From contig CAWKDB010000010.1 of NCBI GenBank assembly GCA_963848295.1, positions 1,536,001 to 1,600,000 of the forward strand: 64,000 bases of DNA, given 5' to 3'. Shown in pieces: positions 19,412-29,874 of this stretch. The first letter of the stretch is position 1; every line of letters begins with the position of its first letter. The notes below the pieces were generated by a model. It had not been told where the DNA came from. It ran no database searches and saw only the letters and a program-made list of their open reading frames with translations. The DNA is from an uncultured delta proteobacterium (lineage in GTDB: Bacteria; Myxococcota_A; Polyangia; Haliangiales; Haliangiaceae). Made by a program: the position numbers and the translations under genes.

Positions 19412-20384
19412 GCGATGCCTCCGGCCGGCGTTCCGGCGTCGCTGCTGCGGCACCGACGCGATCGACGAAGATCTGATGCAGCGTCGGCGTCACGACCTCG
19501 AACCGGCGCAACCCGACGTCGGCGGCGAGCAGCGCGGCGAGTAGCTTCTGCGGCGTCGCACCCTCGGCGAGCTTGACCTCGCAATCGGCGGTGTCGCCGT
19601 GACGCGGCTCGTGTTGCGAGACCACGAGCGCGGCCTCGCCGAACGGCCCCTTCGCTCGCTCGCGCGACGCGTCGTCGGCAAACGCCAGCGCGACCAGCCC
19701 CTCGGCGGCGGAGGCGCGCTTGATCTCGCGCAGCGGCCCGTCGAGCACCTTCTTGCCGCGCGCGATGATGCAGACGTGGTCGCAGACCTTCTCGGCTTGC
19801 TCCATCTGGTGGGTCGAAAACAACACGGTGCGGCCCGAGGTGCGGATCTCCTCGACCACGTCGCGCAGGACCTCGGCATTGATCGGGTCGAGGCCGCTCC
19901 AGGGCTCGTCGAGGATGACGATCGCGGGCTCGTGGATCAGCGCGCACGCGAACTGCACCTTCTGCTGCATGCCCTTCGACAGATCCTGCACGCGGTTCTT
20001 CGTCCACGCGGCGAGCCCGAGCCGATCGAGCCACTTGCCCGCGCGCCGTCGAGCCTCCGCGACCTTCAAGCCGCGGAGCTCGCCCATGAACTCGATCATC
20101 TCGACGACCTTCATCTTCGGGTACAGCCCGCGCTCCTCGGGCAGGTAGCCGATGTGAGCCGCCGCTTCCCGGCCCGGCTTGAGCCCGTCCATGACGGTGA
20201 TCTCGCCGGCGTCGGGCGCGATGATGTCGTTGATCATCCGCAAGATCGTGGTCTTGCCCGCGCCGTTGGGGCCGAGGATGCCGTACACCACGCCGCGCGG
20301 GAGCTCGAACGAGACGCCGTCGACCGCGACGTGATTGCCGAAGCGTTTGACGACCTCGTGAACGACGAGCGCGTGCTTGGTCAT
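19404..20384 (-). CDS. ABC transporter ATP-binding protein (NatA/YhaQ-like)
   Basis: Walker [20 protein letters not shown], signature LSKGMQQK, Walker B ILDEP. ATG overlaps the pyrB stop. Confidence 0.95.
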   Translation of the reverse strand: MTKHALVVHEVVKRFGNHVAVDGVSFELPRGVVYGILGPNGAGKTTILRMINDIIAPDAGEITVMDGLKPGREAAAHIGYLPEERGLYPKMKVVEMIEFMGELRGLKVAEARRRAGKWLDRLGLAAWTKNRVQDLSKGMQQKVQFACALIHEPAIVILDEPWSGLDPINAEVLRDVVEEIRTSGRTVLFSTHQMEQAEKVCDHVCIIARGKKVLDGPLREIKRASAAEGLVALAFADDASRERAKGPFGEAALVVSQHEPRHGDTADCEVKLAEGATPQKLLAALLAADVGLRRFEVVTPTLHQIFVDRVGAAAATPERRPEASHA

Positions 20385-21331
20385 GCCGCGTCCCCTAGCA
20401 CCGCACGCTCGAGCACCGCCATGCGGATCGCGACGCCCCAGCTCACCTGCTGCAAGATCACGGCGCGTGGCCCGTCGGCGACTTGCGGCGACACCTCCAC
20501 GCCGCGATTGATCGGCCCGGGGTGCATGACGATCGCGTCCGGCTTCGCGAACGCGAGCGTGCGTTCGGACAAGCCGAACGTCCGCGACAGCTCGCGGGTG
20601 TTCGGGAACCGCGGCGCCTCGCCGTCGAACCGCTCGTGCTGGACGCGCAACATCATGACGACGTCGGCGCCGTCGAGCCCATCCTCGAGCCGGGGATAGA
20701 CTTTCACGCGCTCGCGCGTCAGCTCGCCGCCGATCTCCTCGATGCCGCGCGGGATCAGCGTCCAAGGCGCCACCAACCTGACCCGCGCGCCGAGCTTGGT
20801 CAGGCACAAGATGTCCGAGCGCGCGACCCGCGAGTGCGCGATATCGCCGACGATCGCGACCTCGAGGCCTTCGACCTGGCCTTTGTGGCGGCGGATCGTC
20901 GCGGCGTCGAGCAGCGCTTGCGTCGGGTGCTCGTGCTGGCCGTCGCCGGCGTTGATGATCGCGCACTTCGAGGTTTGCGCGAGCAGCGCCGCGGCCCCGC
21001 CGAAGGCGTGGCGGACGACGATCGCGTCGGGGTGCATCGCCTGGAGGTTGCGCCCGGTGTCGATCAGCGTCTCGCCCTTGGTCGTCGACGACGACGACGC
21101 GGCGATGTTGATCGCCTCGGCCGACAGCCGCTTCGCGGCGAGCTCGAACGAGGTGCGCGTTCGGGTCGAGCTCTCGTAGAACAAGTTGATGACGGTGCGC
21201 CCGCGCAGGCTCGTCAGCTTCTTGATCGGCTCGTCGCTCAACGACCAGTAACGATCGCCGTGATCGAGGATCCGCACGATCTCGGCGGCGTCGAGGTGAG
21301 CGATGCTGACGAGGTGCCGAGGCTCGGTCAC
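20381..21331 (-). CDS. pyrB: Aspartate carbamoyltransferase catalytic subunit
   Basis: [69 protein letters not shown]. Confidence 0.97.
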   Translation of the reverse strand: MTEPRHLVSIAHLDAAEIVRILDHGDRYWSLSDEPIKKLTSLRGRTVINLFYESSTRTRTSFELAAKRLSAEAINIAASSSSTTKGETLIDTGRNLQAMHPDAIVVRHAFGGAAALLAQTSKCAIINAGDGQHEHPTQALLDAATIRRHKGQVEGLEVAIVGDIAHSRVARSDILCLTKLGARVRLVAPWTLIPRGIEEIGGELTRERVKVYPRLEDGLDGADVVMMLRVQHERFDGEAPRFPNTRELSRTFGLSERTLAFAKPDAIVMHPGPINRGVEVSPQVADGPRAVILQQVSWGVAIRMAVLERAVLGDAA

Positions 21332-21372
21332 GCCTTCGTATATCAGATGCAGCGCGGTGTTATCGTGCCGAC

Positions 21373-22233
21373 GTGGCTCTAGAGCGCGTCGATCGCACCG
21401 GCCAGGTGATCGGCAGCCGATACCGGCTGGACCGCCTGATCGGCCGTGGCGCGATGGCCGAGGTCTACCAGGCCGCGGATCTCCAAGACAACACGCATGT
21501 AGCGCTCAAGTTGTTGCGCGGCGCGCACCTGACGGATCGAAGCGCGATCGCGCGGTTCAAGCGCGAAGCCGAGGTGCAGGCACGGCTGCGCCATCGCAAC
21601 ATCGCCGCGCTGCTCGCGACCGGCGTGACCGAATACCAAGAGCCGTATCTGATCGTCGAGCTGCTGCGCGGCAAGTCGCTGCGCGGCGCGATCAAGGCCG
21701 GAGCGGTCGAGCCGGTGCGCGCGGCGAGCTACGGCTGGCAGGCGCTGCAAGGCCTGGCCGCGGTGCACTCGGCCGGCGTGCTGCATCGCGATCTCAAGCC
21801 GGCGAACATCATGCTCGAAGCGTCGCCCGGCCCGGTCGAGCGCGTCGTGCTGATCGACTTTGGCTTCGCGACGTTCGAGGGCTCCGCGAAGCTGACCGCT
21901 CAAGGCACGGTCGTCGGCTCGCTCACGTACATCGCACCCGAGCGGCTGCGCGGGGACGTGACCGATCACCGCGCCGATCTGTACGGCATGGGCGTGATCC
22001 TGTTCGAGTTGCTCACCGGCCGCCCGCCGTTCGTCGCCGACGACGACTTCGATCTGATCGACATGCACGTCAACGAGGACGCGCCGCGCCTGCGCACACT
22101 ACGGCCCGATCTGCCGGCACCGCTCGACGACGTGCTCGCGCGTGCGCTCGCCAAGCACTCGAAGGATCGCTACGCGGATGCGCTGGAGATGGCGAACGCG
22201 CTCGAAGCCGCGGCGCAGGCGATCTCGCGCTAA
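21373..22233 (+). CDS. Hanks-type Ser/Thr protein kinase (kinase domain only)
   Basis: [40 protein letters not shown]. Confidence 0.93.
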   Translation: MALERVDRTGQVIGSRYRLDRLIGRGAMAEVYQAADLQDNTHVALKLLRGAHLTDRSAIARFKREAEVQARLRHRNIAALLATGVTEYQEPYLIVELLRGKSLRGAIKAGAVEPVRAASYGWQALQGLAAVHSAGVLHRDLKPANIMLEASPGPVERVVLIDFGFATFEGSAKLTAQGTVVGSLTYIAPERLRGDVTDHRADLYGMGVILFELLTGRPPFVADDDFDLIDMHVNEDAPRLRTLRPDLPAPLDDVLARALAKHSKDRYADALEMANALEAAAQAISR

Positions 22234-22241
22234 CGCGAGCC

Positions 22242-24188
22242 TCAGTCACACGCGCCGGTCGAGCAGTCACAGGGTGCGGGCGCGGCGTCGAGCATGCACT
22301 CGTTCGAGATCACGCCGTTGAGGCCGAAGTCTTCGGCCAGCCGGAGCGCGGCCGGCTCGCGGTTGATCCCGGAGTGCGTGCCGTTGTCGACGGCCGGCGG
22401 GACGTTCGTCGTCGGCGGTAGCGGCGTCGGGTGCGCGTCGAACACGTTGACCGCGTTCTGGAGCGGCAGCGTCCCGTCCTCGAGCCCCCACGCGGTCTTC
22501 ACCGACGGTGCGAGCACCGGCAGGCCCATCGTGCGCGAGATCAGCTCGCTCGTGAGGTTATTCACGAGGCAGTCGCCGAGCGAGTACCACAACAAGATGT
22601 TCTTCACCGGCGTGCCTGGCAGCGGGTCCGAGATCACGTGCGCCGCGGTCGTGATCGGGTCGTACGGCTCCATCGCCATGCCGAGCAGCGCGACGTTGGT
22701 CTGATAGACCGCGGGATCCTCGTACGCGCCTTGCGCCGCGCCGATCAGCAGCGACCAGGCGTTCGACCGCTCGAACAACATGTCCCAGTCGCCGCCGGCG
22801 ACCGCGAGCACGCCGCGCGTGATGTTCGGGTCGTAGGCCATGAACGTGTTGCCCATGATGCCGCCGAGCGATCCGCCGATGTAGTACTCGCGCGTCGTAT
22901 CCATCACCGGCTGGCCCATATACGAGAACTCCTGCGACGTCGCCATCGGGCCGCGCGCGATCGTCTCGAGCGCCATGAAGTCGATCACCGACTGGCCGAG
23001 CTTCTCGGCGATCTGCGGCGCGCGATTCATGTCGTTGACGGTGAGCGGCGCGAGCTGGAGCTGGCGATCGGTCAGGCCGATGAAGTCGCCGGCGACGATG
23101 ATCACGCACAGCTGGTTCGCGAGATCGATCGTGAACGGATCGCTGATGTACTCGGCCGACGAGCCGAACAGGCCGTGGCCGAAAACCACGATCGGCCGCG
23201 GCAGCGGCATCATCGTGACGCACTCGGGAATGATCGCGGCGAACCGCGCATCGCGCAGGCCTTGCAGCACCGGCGAGCCGCTCGCATCGCGCGCGATGAT
23301 CGAGTCGTCCTCCTCGCCGTCGTCGAGGAACGTCGGCGACTTGAACGTGCCGGTGTAGCTGACGTACGTGTTCGTCGTGCCGGTCGTCGGGGTCGCGGCG
23401 AACGACAACGCCGAGCCGTTCGTGCCCATCGCGGGCAGCGCAGCGGCGCGCATCGTCATCAGGTCGCCTTGCAGGAAGTCGTCGGTCGCGGTGACGAAGT
23501 CCCACGCGAGCACGAGCTCGCTCTTGTCGATCCCGGCGGACGACAGCGCGGCGAAGATGTCGGCGTAGCGCGGCACGAGCGCGGCGAACCGCGGATGGTC
23601 GAAGCTCTTGCCGTCGCGCAACGCGGCGAACGCGGCGGGCACCGGCAGCGGGCTGCCGTCGGCGGCGGTCACGGTATTGCGAATCGCGACGACATAGTGG
23701 CCGCCGCTCTTCAACCGCGCGAGCGGACGGATGATCAGATCCTGGGCCGACGGCACGGTGATGTTCTGGTCGATCTCGGCGAAGAACGGCTGATGCTCGC
23801 CGGTGTCCATGTCGAGCAACACGATCGGCGAATCGTCGGCGAGCGATTGACTCGGATCGGCGTAGCCCGGCAGCCCGTTCGAGGACACGCCGGTCGGAAA
23901 CGACGCGAGGATCTCGCCGATCGGCGAGAACCCGTCCCACCGGTCGAGCGGACCGGGATCGACTTCGATGCCGTCGATGTTCGTCGGCATCGCCTCGATC
24001 GGAACGTCCACCCGATATCCGGTCGGGCTCGACGAGTCGGTCGTCGCGTACGTCATCGACGGCCACGGCAACAGGCAACCGCCACCGCCGAGTGGATTGC
24101 ACTCGTCGGGGATGCCGCTGGTGTTGCCGCCCCCGCCACAGGCCGCAATCGTCAGCGCGAGCGATGACCAAAATCGTCGGAGCTGCAT
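22242..24188 (-). CDS. Lipoprotein, alpha/beta-hydrolase fold (extracellular lipase-like)
   Basis: Lipobox IAA-C; CLLPWPS, DGFSP, LIIRP, VFGHGLFGS, nucleophile GGSLGGIMG, GDCLV; Cys-rich C-terminus. Confidence 0.82.
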   Translation of the reverse strand: MQLRRFWSSLALTIAACGGGGNTSGIPDECNPLGGGGCLLPWPSMTYATTDSSSPTGYRVDVPIEAMPTNIDGIEVDPGPLDRWDGFSPIGEILASFPTGVSSNGLPGYADPSQSLADDSPIVLLDMDTGEHQPFFAEIDQNITVPSAQDLIIRPLARLKSGGHYVVAIRNTVTAADGSPLPVPAAFAALRDGKSFDHPRFAALVPRYADIFAALSSAGIDKSELVLAWDFVTATDDFLQGDLMTMRAAALPAMGTNGSALSFAATPTTGTTNTYVSYTGTFKSPTFLDDGEEDDSIIARDASGSPVLQGLRDARFAAIIPECVTMMPLPRPIVVFGHGLFGSSAEYISDPFTIDLANQLCVIIVAGDFIGLTDRQLQLAPLTVNDMNRAPQIAEKLGQSVIDFMALETIARGPMATSQEFSYMGQPVMDTTREYYIGGSLGGIMGNTFMAYDPNITRGVLAVAGGDWDMLFERSNAWSLLIGAAQGAYEDPAVYQTNVALLGMAMEPYDPITTAAHVISDPLPGTPVKNILLWYSLGDCLVNNLTSELISRTMGLPVLAPSVKTAWGLEDGTLPLQNAVNVFDAHPTPLPPTTNVPPAVDNGTHSGINREPAALRLAEDFGLNGVISNECMLDAAPAPCDCSTGACD

Positions 24189-24236
24189 CGCCGCGACCCT
24201 ATCACCGACCGCGGTTGTTGCATCTGAGTAAACACG

Positions 24237-24923
24237 ATGGACCCGGCACGCCGTAACGCTCGGCGTTATGCTGCACGCGTGCTGCGTGCGTGGCTGGATG
24301 GTTGGCTGTACCGACGCCCCTTCGAAGGGGCCAGCGCGCGGCGTTATGCCTCTGCCGAGCGGCCCGCGTTCGGTGACTTCGACGACCGGCTGGTCGCCTC
24401 GCTCGGCGACGAGCTGCGCCGGGCCGAGCGGGTGCTCGAGCTCGGCAGTGGTCCGGCCACGTTCGCGCGCCGGGCCGCGAAGGCGGCTCCGACCGTGACG
24501 GTGATCGCACTCGAACCGAGTCGCGATCTCGCGCGTCGGAGCCGTGGCCTCGGCGTGGTGCGAGCCGTCGGCGAGGCGCTGCCGCTCGCCGCAGCCTCGA
24601 TCGATCTCGTCGTGTGCGTATCGTCGATTCGCCATGTCCGCGATCGGCCGGAGGTGTTCCGCGAGCTGCGCCGCGTCCTCCGGCGCGACGGCATGGTCGT
24701 GATCGCGGAGCTCGATCCCGCCGCCGACGCGCACCGGATCGCGAACCACGCGGCTCGGCTCGGGTCGACCGTGTTGCGCCACGCGTTCGGGCCGCTCGTC
24801 GTTCGCACCGCGCCGCGCGCCGACGCGATCGCCGAGCTCGCCCGCGCCGCCGGGTTTCGCGAGCGTTCGCGTCGCGCCGATCCGATCCAGCCGTTCTACG
24901 TGATGGAGCTCGAGGTCGCGTGA
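24237..24923 (+). CDS. Class I SAM-dependent methyltransferase
   Basis: VLELGSGPA, ALEPS, GEALPLAAASIDLV, ELRRVLRRDG. The likely true start is GTG at 24279. Confidence 0.85.
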   Translation: MDPARRNARRYAARVLRAWLDGWLYRRPFEGASARRYASAERPAFGDFDDRLVASLGDELRRAERVLELGSGPATFARRAAKAAPTVTVIALEPSRDLARRSRGLGVVRAVGEALPLAAASIDLVVCVSSIRHVRDRPEVFRELRRVLRRDGMVVIAELDPAADAHRIANHAARLGSTVLRHAFGPLVVRTAPRADAIAELARAAGFRERSRRADPIQPFYVMELEVA

Positions 24924-26311
24924 TGCAAAGCCCCGGCGATCACTACCTCGCATCCGACGCCGAGCCCGGCTCCGACACGTTCATGGGCGTGACCATCGGC
25001 CGCGCCGCCAATTCCCTGATCGCCGACGCGATCGCGCATGCCCACGCCGCTCGCGCCGCGATTCGCGACCTCGACGGCGACCTCCCGACCCAACCGCTCG
25101 CCGTCACGCTGCGCCGGCGCGGCGATGCCGGCGCGAGCGTCGAGACCAGCGGACTCGGTGCGGTCGCATTCGCGATCGGCGATCATGCGTGGTGGTGCGA
25201 GCTACGCTCCGCGATCGACGACGAGCGCGAGCTCGCCACCGAGCTCGTCGCCGCGCTCGAGGCGCTCGCACGGCATCGCTCACCGCCGTCGGGAACCGGG
25301 CGCCTGCAACCACGCGGTCGAGGTGCGACTCCGTTCGTGACGATCTCGATCGGCGACGAGCCGAGCGCGCTCGCCCGTCATGGCCATCGCCGAGGCTGGA
25401 CCACCGCCGACACGGCGGGCGGCGAGCGCGGGCCATGGTTCGGGCTATCGCGCATCGGCGAGCTCGCGATCGTCTCGACCTGCCACCTCGCGATCGACGG
25501 CTATGGCCACGCGGCGTTGACCGCGCTGATCGGCCAGCACGCCCGCGAGCTCGCGCCCCGCGCCGCAGCGATCGTGCCGGATCATCCAGCAGATGCTCCG
25601 CCACTCGCCCTGGTCGACGGCGGCATCGCGCTCGGCATCGCCTGCCGCTCGATCGAGATACCATCGCCCCGGGCGATCCCACTCGCCTACGCGCTCGGCC
25701 AGCTGTTGCATCGCGTCGCCGGCGTGCCGTCCGCACGACTATCGCCGGCGTTTCAGATCCCCGTCGCTCGCCTCCCGCCGGCACATCGCGACGCCGCGAT
25801 CGGACGCGATCCGATCGTCGAGCGCGCGCGCCGCCGCCGCCGCGTCGTGCCCGCGATCGCGAGCCTGCGGTTCGCCCACGGCTCCCCCGAGCCGTATGAC
25901 GTGTTCGCGCGGCGGGTTCGCGCGACCCTGCAACGCGAAGCTGAAGGCCGCGGCATGATCTCGCGCCTGCTCGCCGCCGCACGCGTCGCGCCTGCCCCGC
26001 TCGCGTGGAAGCGCCTCGCGTTGTCGCCGGTGCGCCCGCGCTGGCTCGATCGGTTCGCCGACAAGCTCGGCGGTCGCGCGTGCTTGTCGCGGATCTGCAT
26101 CGAGATGCCCGCTCCGATCGCGTGCGCGGTGTCGGCTCCGGGCCGGATCGCCACGCCCGACGACCGGTTCGGCGGCTGCGTGATCACGATCGTCGATGAT
26201 GGCCAGCAGGCCTCGATCACGGCGTGCGGGTCGGGGTTGGCAGGCACCCACCGCGACGCCGAAGATGTGATCTCCGAGTTACTCGAGCGGCTCTCGACGC
26301 AAGCGGTGTAG
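24923..26311 (+). CDS. Hypothetical protein with an HxxxDG (condensation/CoA-acyltransferase-like) motif
   Basis: TGATG overlap with the methyltransferase; LAIVSTCHLAIDGYG. Confidence 0.65.
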   Translation: MQSPGDHYLASDAEPGSDTFMGVTIGRAANSLIADAIAHAHAARAAIRDLDGDLPTQPLAVTLRRRGDAGASVETSGLGAVAFAIGDHAWWCELRSAIDDERELATELVAALEALARHRSPPSGTGRLQPRGRGATPFVTISIGDEPSALARHGHRRGWTTADTAGGERGPWFGLSRIGELAIVSTCHLAIDGYGHAALTALIGQHARELAPRAAAIVPDHPADAPPLALVDGGIALGIACRSIEIPSPRAIPLAYALGQLLHRVAGVPSARLSPAFQIPVARLPPAHRDAAIGRDPIVERARRRRRVVPAIASLRFAHGSPEPYDVFARRVRATLQREAEGRGMISRLLAAARVAPAPLAWKRLALSPVRPRWLDRFADKLGGRACLSRICIEMPAPIACAVSAPGRIATPDDRFGGCVITIVDDGQQASITACGSGLAGTHRDAEDVISELLERLSTQAV

Positions 26312-26408
26312 CGCAGCTCACGCAGTTCGCCGGCGGATCTGAGTCGGCTTCGAAATGTTGCGCAATTTGTTCACCAGCGACCTTGGCTAGCGCGTTAGCG
26401 TGCCGGCC

Positions 26409-28199
26409 ATGAAGACCGTTCTCGCCTGCCTTGCTATCGCTGCCATCGGTTGCGGTCCCTCGAAGCGCGGCGACGACACGACACCCACGACGCACATCGA
26501 GATCGAGCCCGCCGACGCGACCGTCACGATCGTGAATGGCGCGGCCGTGATCGAGGACTACACCGCGACGTTGGTGACCGCGAGCGGCGATCGCTCCGAC
26601 GTCACCGCGTCGACGACCTTCAGCGTCGGCGATCCGACCTACGGGTCATGGTCCGGTCCCGCGCTCACCGTCACCGGCGGCGCCGCGGGCCCGACCCAGA
26701 TCGTCGCGTCGTCGGGCGCGAACATGGGCACGACCTCGCTGACCGTGATGGTGCAAGGCTTCCGCAACGACGGCAGCGTGCCGGCGAACGCCGCCGACCT
26801 GTTCGGCGCCGCGACCGAGACCCCCGCGATCGCTCCGACGATCGCCTATCCCGCGAACGGCGTGACGATGCCGCCGAACCTCGGCGAGCTCGATGTCCAC
26901 TGGCAGGGCGCGAGCGACGACTTGTTCATGGTCGAGATGCAAAACCAGTACGTCGATCTGAAGATCTACAAGGCGGGCTCCGGCCCGGTCTACACGAACT
27001 ACCTCGCGACCGAGTGGTACTCGCTCGCGAGCACGCACAGCGAGCTCACGCTCACGGTCGCGGGCCTCGTCACCGCGAACCCGGCGCAAAAGGGCACGTC
27101 GACTCCGCAGACCGTCGAGGTCACGAACGAGGATATCGCCGGTGGCATGTACTACTGGACCAACGAGCCGACGCAAGGAATCATGCGCTACGACATGAGC
27201 ACGCCGGACATCGCCCCGGCGTCGTTCTTCACGAACCCGGCACAGCCGACGGCCTGCGTCGGCTGCCACGGGTTGTCGCGCGACGGCACGAAGATCGCGC
27301 TCACGCTCGACAGCGGCGACGGTCGCGGCACGGTGTTCGACGTCGCCAGCTACAACGTGATGGTGCCGTACGCGACGAACCCGCAGTACTGGAACTTCGC
27401 GACGTTCACGCCGGACGCGACCGAGCTCGTGACCGTGTTCGAAGGCCAGATGTCGCTGCGGTCGACCAACGGCGGCGCGGTGATCTCCGCGATCCCGTCG
27501 AGCGCCGGCATGCTCGCGACCCATCCCGAGATGTCGCCCGACGGCACGCGCCTCGCGAACGTCGAGACGACCGCTGACTCGGAAGACTTCCAGGTCGAGG
27601 ACGGCTCGATCGTGACGCGCACGTTCGACCATACGACGAACACGTTCGGTGCGGTCACCACGCTCGTGCCGAACGCGTCCGGTGCATCGAACTACTACCC
27701 GTCGTGGTCGCCCGACGGCCAGTGGATCGCGTTTACCCGCACGACCGGCAACTCGTACGCGGATCCGTCGGCGGAGGTCTGGGTCGTCAAGGCCGACGGT
27801 TCGCTGCCGCCGATCCAGCTCGCGCTCGCCGACACCGCGACCGGGAGCCTCGAGAACTCGTGGGCGCGCTGGGCGCCGTTCCCGCAGTCGTTCGGCAGCA
27901 ACGACGAACCGCTGTTCTACCTGACGTTCTCGTCGATCCGCCCGTTCGGCGTCCGACCGCTATCGACGAGCGTGTACGGCACCGATCCGCAGCTGTGGAT
28001 GGCGCCGTTCTACCCGGACCGCGCGATCGCCGGCACGGATCCGTCGGGCCCAGCGTTCCGGGTCCCGTTCCAAGATCTCGCGACCGGTAACCACATCGCG
28101 CAGTGGACCGATGCGGTCGTGATCGCGCGCAACGCCGACGGCACGCCGTTGACCCAAGCCGAAGCCGCCGCGAACGCGAAAGCGAACGCGAAGAACTAG
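26409..28199 (+). CDS. TolB-like (PD40) beta-propeller lipoprotein with an Ig-like N-terminus and a CxxCH motif
   Basis: Lipobox AIG-C; HPEMSPDG, YYPSWSPDGQWIAF, NSWARWAP; CVGCH. Confidence 0.85.
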   Translation: MKTVLACLAIAAIGCGPSKRGDDTTPTTHIEIEPADATVTIVNGAAVIEDYTATLVTASGDRSDVTASTTFSVGDPTYGSWSGPALTVTGGAAGPTQIVASSGANMGTTSLTVMVQGFRNDGSVPANAADLFGAATETPAIAPTIAYPANGVTMPPNLGELDVHWQGASDDLFMVEMQNQYVDLKIYKAGSGPVYTNYLATEWYSLASTHSELTLTVAGLVTANPAQKGTSTPQTVEVTNEDIAGGMYYWTNEPTQGIMRYDMSTPDIAPASFFTNPAQPTACVGCHGLSRDGTKIALTLDSGDGRGTVFDVASYNVMVPYATNPQYWNFATFTPDATELVTVFEGQMSLRSTNGGAVISAIPSSAGMLATHPEMSPDGTRLANVETTADSEDFQVEDGSIVTRTFDHTTNTFGAVTTLVPNASGASNYYPSWSPDGQWIAFTRTTGNSYADPSAEVWVVKADGSLPPIQLALADTATGSLENSWARWAPFPQSFGSNDEPLFYLTFSSIRPFGVRPLSTSVYGTDPQLWMAPFYPDRAIAGTDPSGPAFRVPFQDLATGNHIAQWTDAVVIARNADGTPLTQAEAAANAKANAKN

Positions 28200-28990
28200 G
28201 ATCGGCGCGCGACCATCGCGCCGATCTTCGTCGCGAGCTTCGGCGACGCGCGAAACATCGCGGCGAGCACTCGCGCGTCGGTGCCGACCGTGCGCACCGC
28301 CGGATTCGTGCGGACCGCGTCGAGGATCGCGTCGGCGACCTTCGACGGCGGCGCGCCGCGCTTCTTGAACGTCTCGACGATCTTCGCGCGAGCGCTCGTG
28401 ATCTCGCCCGCGGTGCGAGAGTCGGCGACGATCTGGGTCGCGATCATGCCCGGGCAGATCGCCGTGACCCCGACGCCGTGGGGCTCGAGCTCGGCGCGCA
28501 GCGACTGCGAGAACCCGAGCACCGCGAACTTGCTCGCGACGTACGCGGTCGAGCGCGCCGCCGGAAAGATCCCGAAGATGCTCGCGATGTTGACGACCTG
28601 ACCGCGACCGCGCTTCGCCATCTGCGGCGCGAAGAAGTGGCAGCCGTAGACGACGCCGCGCAAGTTGATCCCGAGCAGCCAGTCGATATCGTCGAGGCTG
28701 GTCTCGATGAAGTTGCCGGCGACCGCGACGCCAGCGTTATTGACGACGACGTCCGCGGCCGGTGCGTGCTCGTGGACCGCCGCGGCGAACGCTGCCATCT
28801 GCGCGCGATCGGCGACATCCACCGCGTGCGCTAGCAGCAAGCGCTCTCCGAGCTCGGCGGCGACCGCATCCACTCGGGTGCGATCGACGTCGCAGATCGC
28901 GACGCGCGCCCCGTTCGCCGCGAGCGCATGTGCGGTCGCCCGACCGATGCCGCTCCCCGCTCCGGTCACGACCGCGATCTGTCCGTTCAC
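28196..28990 (-). CDS. Short-chain dehydrogenase/reductase
   Basis: VVTGAGSGIG, VNNAGV, YVASKFAV, ICPGMIAT. GTGA overlap with the upstream gene. Confidence 0.93.
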   Translation of the reverse strand: MNGQIAVVTGAGSGIGRATAHALAANGARVAICDVDRTRVDAVAAELGERLLLAHAVDVADRAQMAAFAAAVHEHAPAADVVVNNAGVAVAGNFIETSLDDIDWLLGINLRGVVYGCHFFAPQMAKRGRGQVVNIASIFGIFPAARSTAYVASKFAVLGFSQSLRAELEPHGVGVTAICPGMIATQIVADSRTAGEITSARAKIVETFKKRGAPPSKVADAILDAVRTNPAVRTVGTDARVLAAMFRASPKLATKIGAMVARRS

Positions 28991-29802
28991 GCTGCCTCCG
29001 GCATCGCGAGACCACGCTCGGCGAACCACGTGCCCGCGAGGTCGTAGTTGGCGTCGTCGTTCGGATGAAACCCGCGCCTGAGGTAGCGCCGGATGCCGGC
29101 GCTGAACAGGCCCGTGACGACGCTGGTGTGTTGGCCCGCCGCTCGCAGCTTGCGGAGCTGCGCGAGCGCTTGCCGCCAGCTCAAGCCGTCTTGCTTGATC
29201 AGCATCGAGGTCGCGGAGAACCACCAATAGGCGAGCGTCGTCGTCGCGTAGATCAAGCCGGCGATGCGCAGCGCGTACGACGGATCGACCGCGCGCAACA
29301 CGTCGAATGCGACGGCTTTGTGCTCGATCTCCTCGGCCGCGTGCCACGCGAGCAGCTTGGCCATCCGGGGATCGATCGCATCGAGCAGGCCCGCGCGAAA
29401 CGCATCGTCCGCGAGCATCGCGGTGAAGTGCTCGGCCGCCGCGGTGGCGGAGAGGTTGAGCTTCGCGGGGACGCGCGCCTCCATCCAGCCGTGGACTCGC
29501 GCGTAGCGCTCGAGGAACGTGTCGATGTCATAGCCCTGGGCGCGCAACACCTTGTTGAACTCGTCGTGGGCATGGGCGTGCCGGCCCTCCTGGCCGTAGA
29601 AGCCCTTGATCTGAGCGCGCAGCGTCGGATCGGTGATCGCGTCGGCGAACTCGTGGACCGAGCGCACGAAGAATCGTTCGCCGTGGGGGAACAGCATATT
29701 GATGCCGTTCGACACCGCGGTCGCAGCGGCGCTGCCCGCGAACCAATGGCGCGGGACGCCGGTCAGGTCGTCGTCGAAATCGCGTGGGGTCGGGATCGCC
29801 AT
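28987..29802 (-). CDS. Predicted metal-dependent hydrolase (ferritin-like di-metal ExxH motifs)
   Basis: FPHGERFFVRSV, GQEGRHAHAH, AAEHFTA, WHAAEEIEHKAVAFDV. SD AGGAGG. Confidence 0.9.
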   Translation of the reverse strand: MAIPTPRDFDDDLTGVPRHWFAGSAAATAVSNGINMLFPHGERFFVRSVHEFADAITDPTLRAQIKGFYGQEGRHAHAHDEFNKVLRAQGYDIDTFLERYARVHGWMEARVPAKLNLSATAAAEHFTAMLADDAFRAGLLDAIDPRMAKLLAWHAAEEIEHKAVAFDVLRAVDPSYALRIAGLIYATTTLAYWWFSATSMLIKQDGLSWRQALAQLRKLRAAGQHTSVVTGLFSAGIRRYLRRGFHPNDDANYDLAGTWFAERGLAMPEAA

Positions 29803-29830
29803 GATGCCTCCTGTGACTCCAGGTTAACAC

Positions 29831-29851
29831 CTATTGACCTTAAGTCAATAG
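29831..29851. promoter_or_regulatory. Palindromic TetR-family operator candidate
   Basis: CTATTGAC-cttaa-GTCAATAG: perfect 8-bp arms in an AT-rich divergent intergenic region. Confidence 0.8.
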
Positions 29852-29874
29852 CCTCCAGGTGTATGGTAAACGCT

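Noticed and set aside
22242..24953. Extended N-termini in the ORF track (22242-24953, 28762-30534, 50757-53207, 19404-20966, 7295-8947, 5538-6713)
   Set aside because: The extensions overlap other real genes. Signal peptides, coupling overlaps or -10 boxes indicate later starts.
26384..26399. TGGCTAGCGCGTTAGC as a sigma54 promoter
   Set aside because: The GC is one base out of register; TAGCGT 7 nt before the ATG explains the region better.
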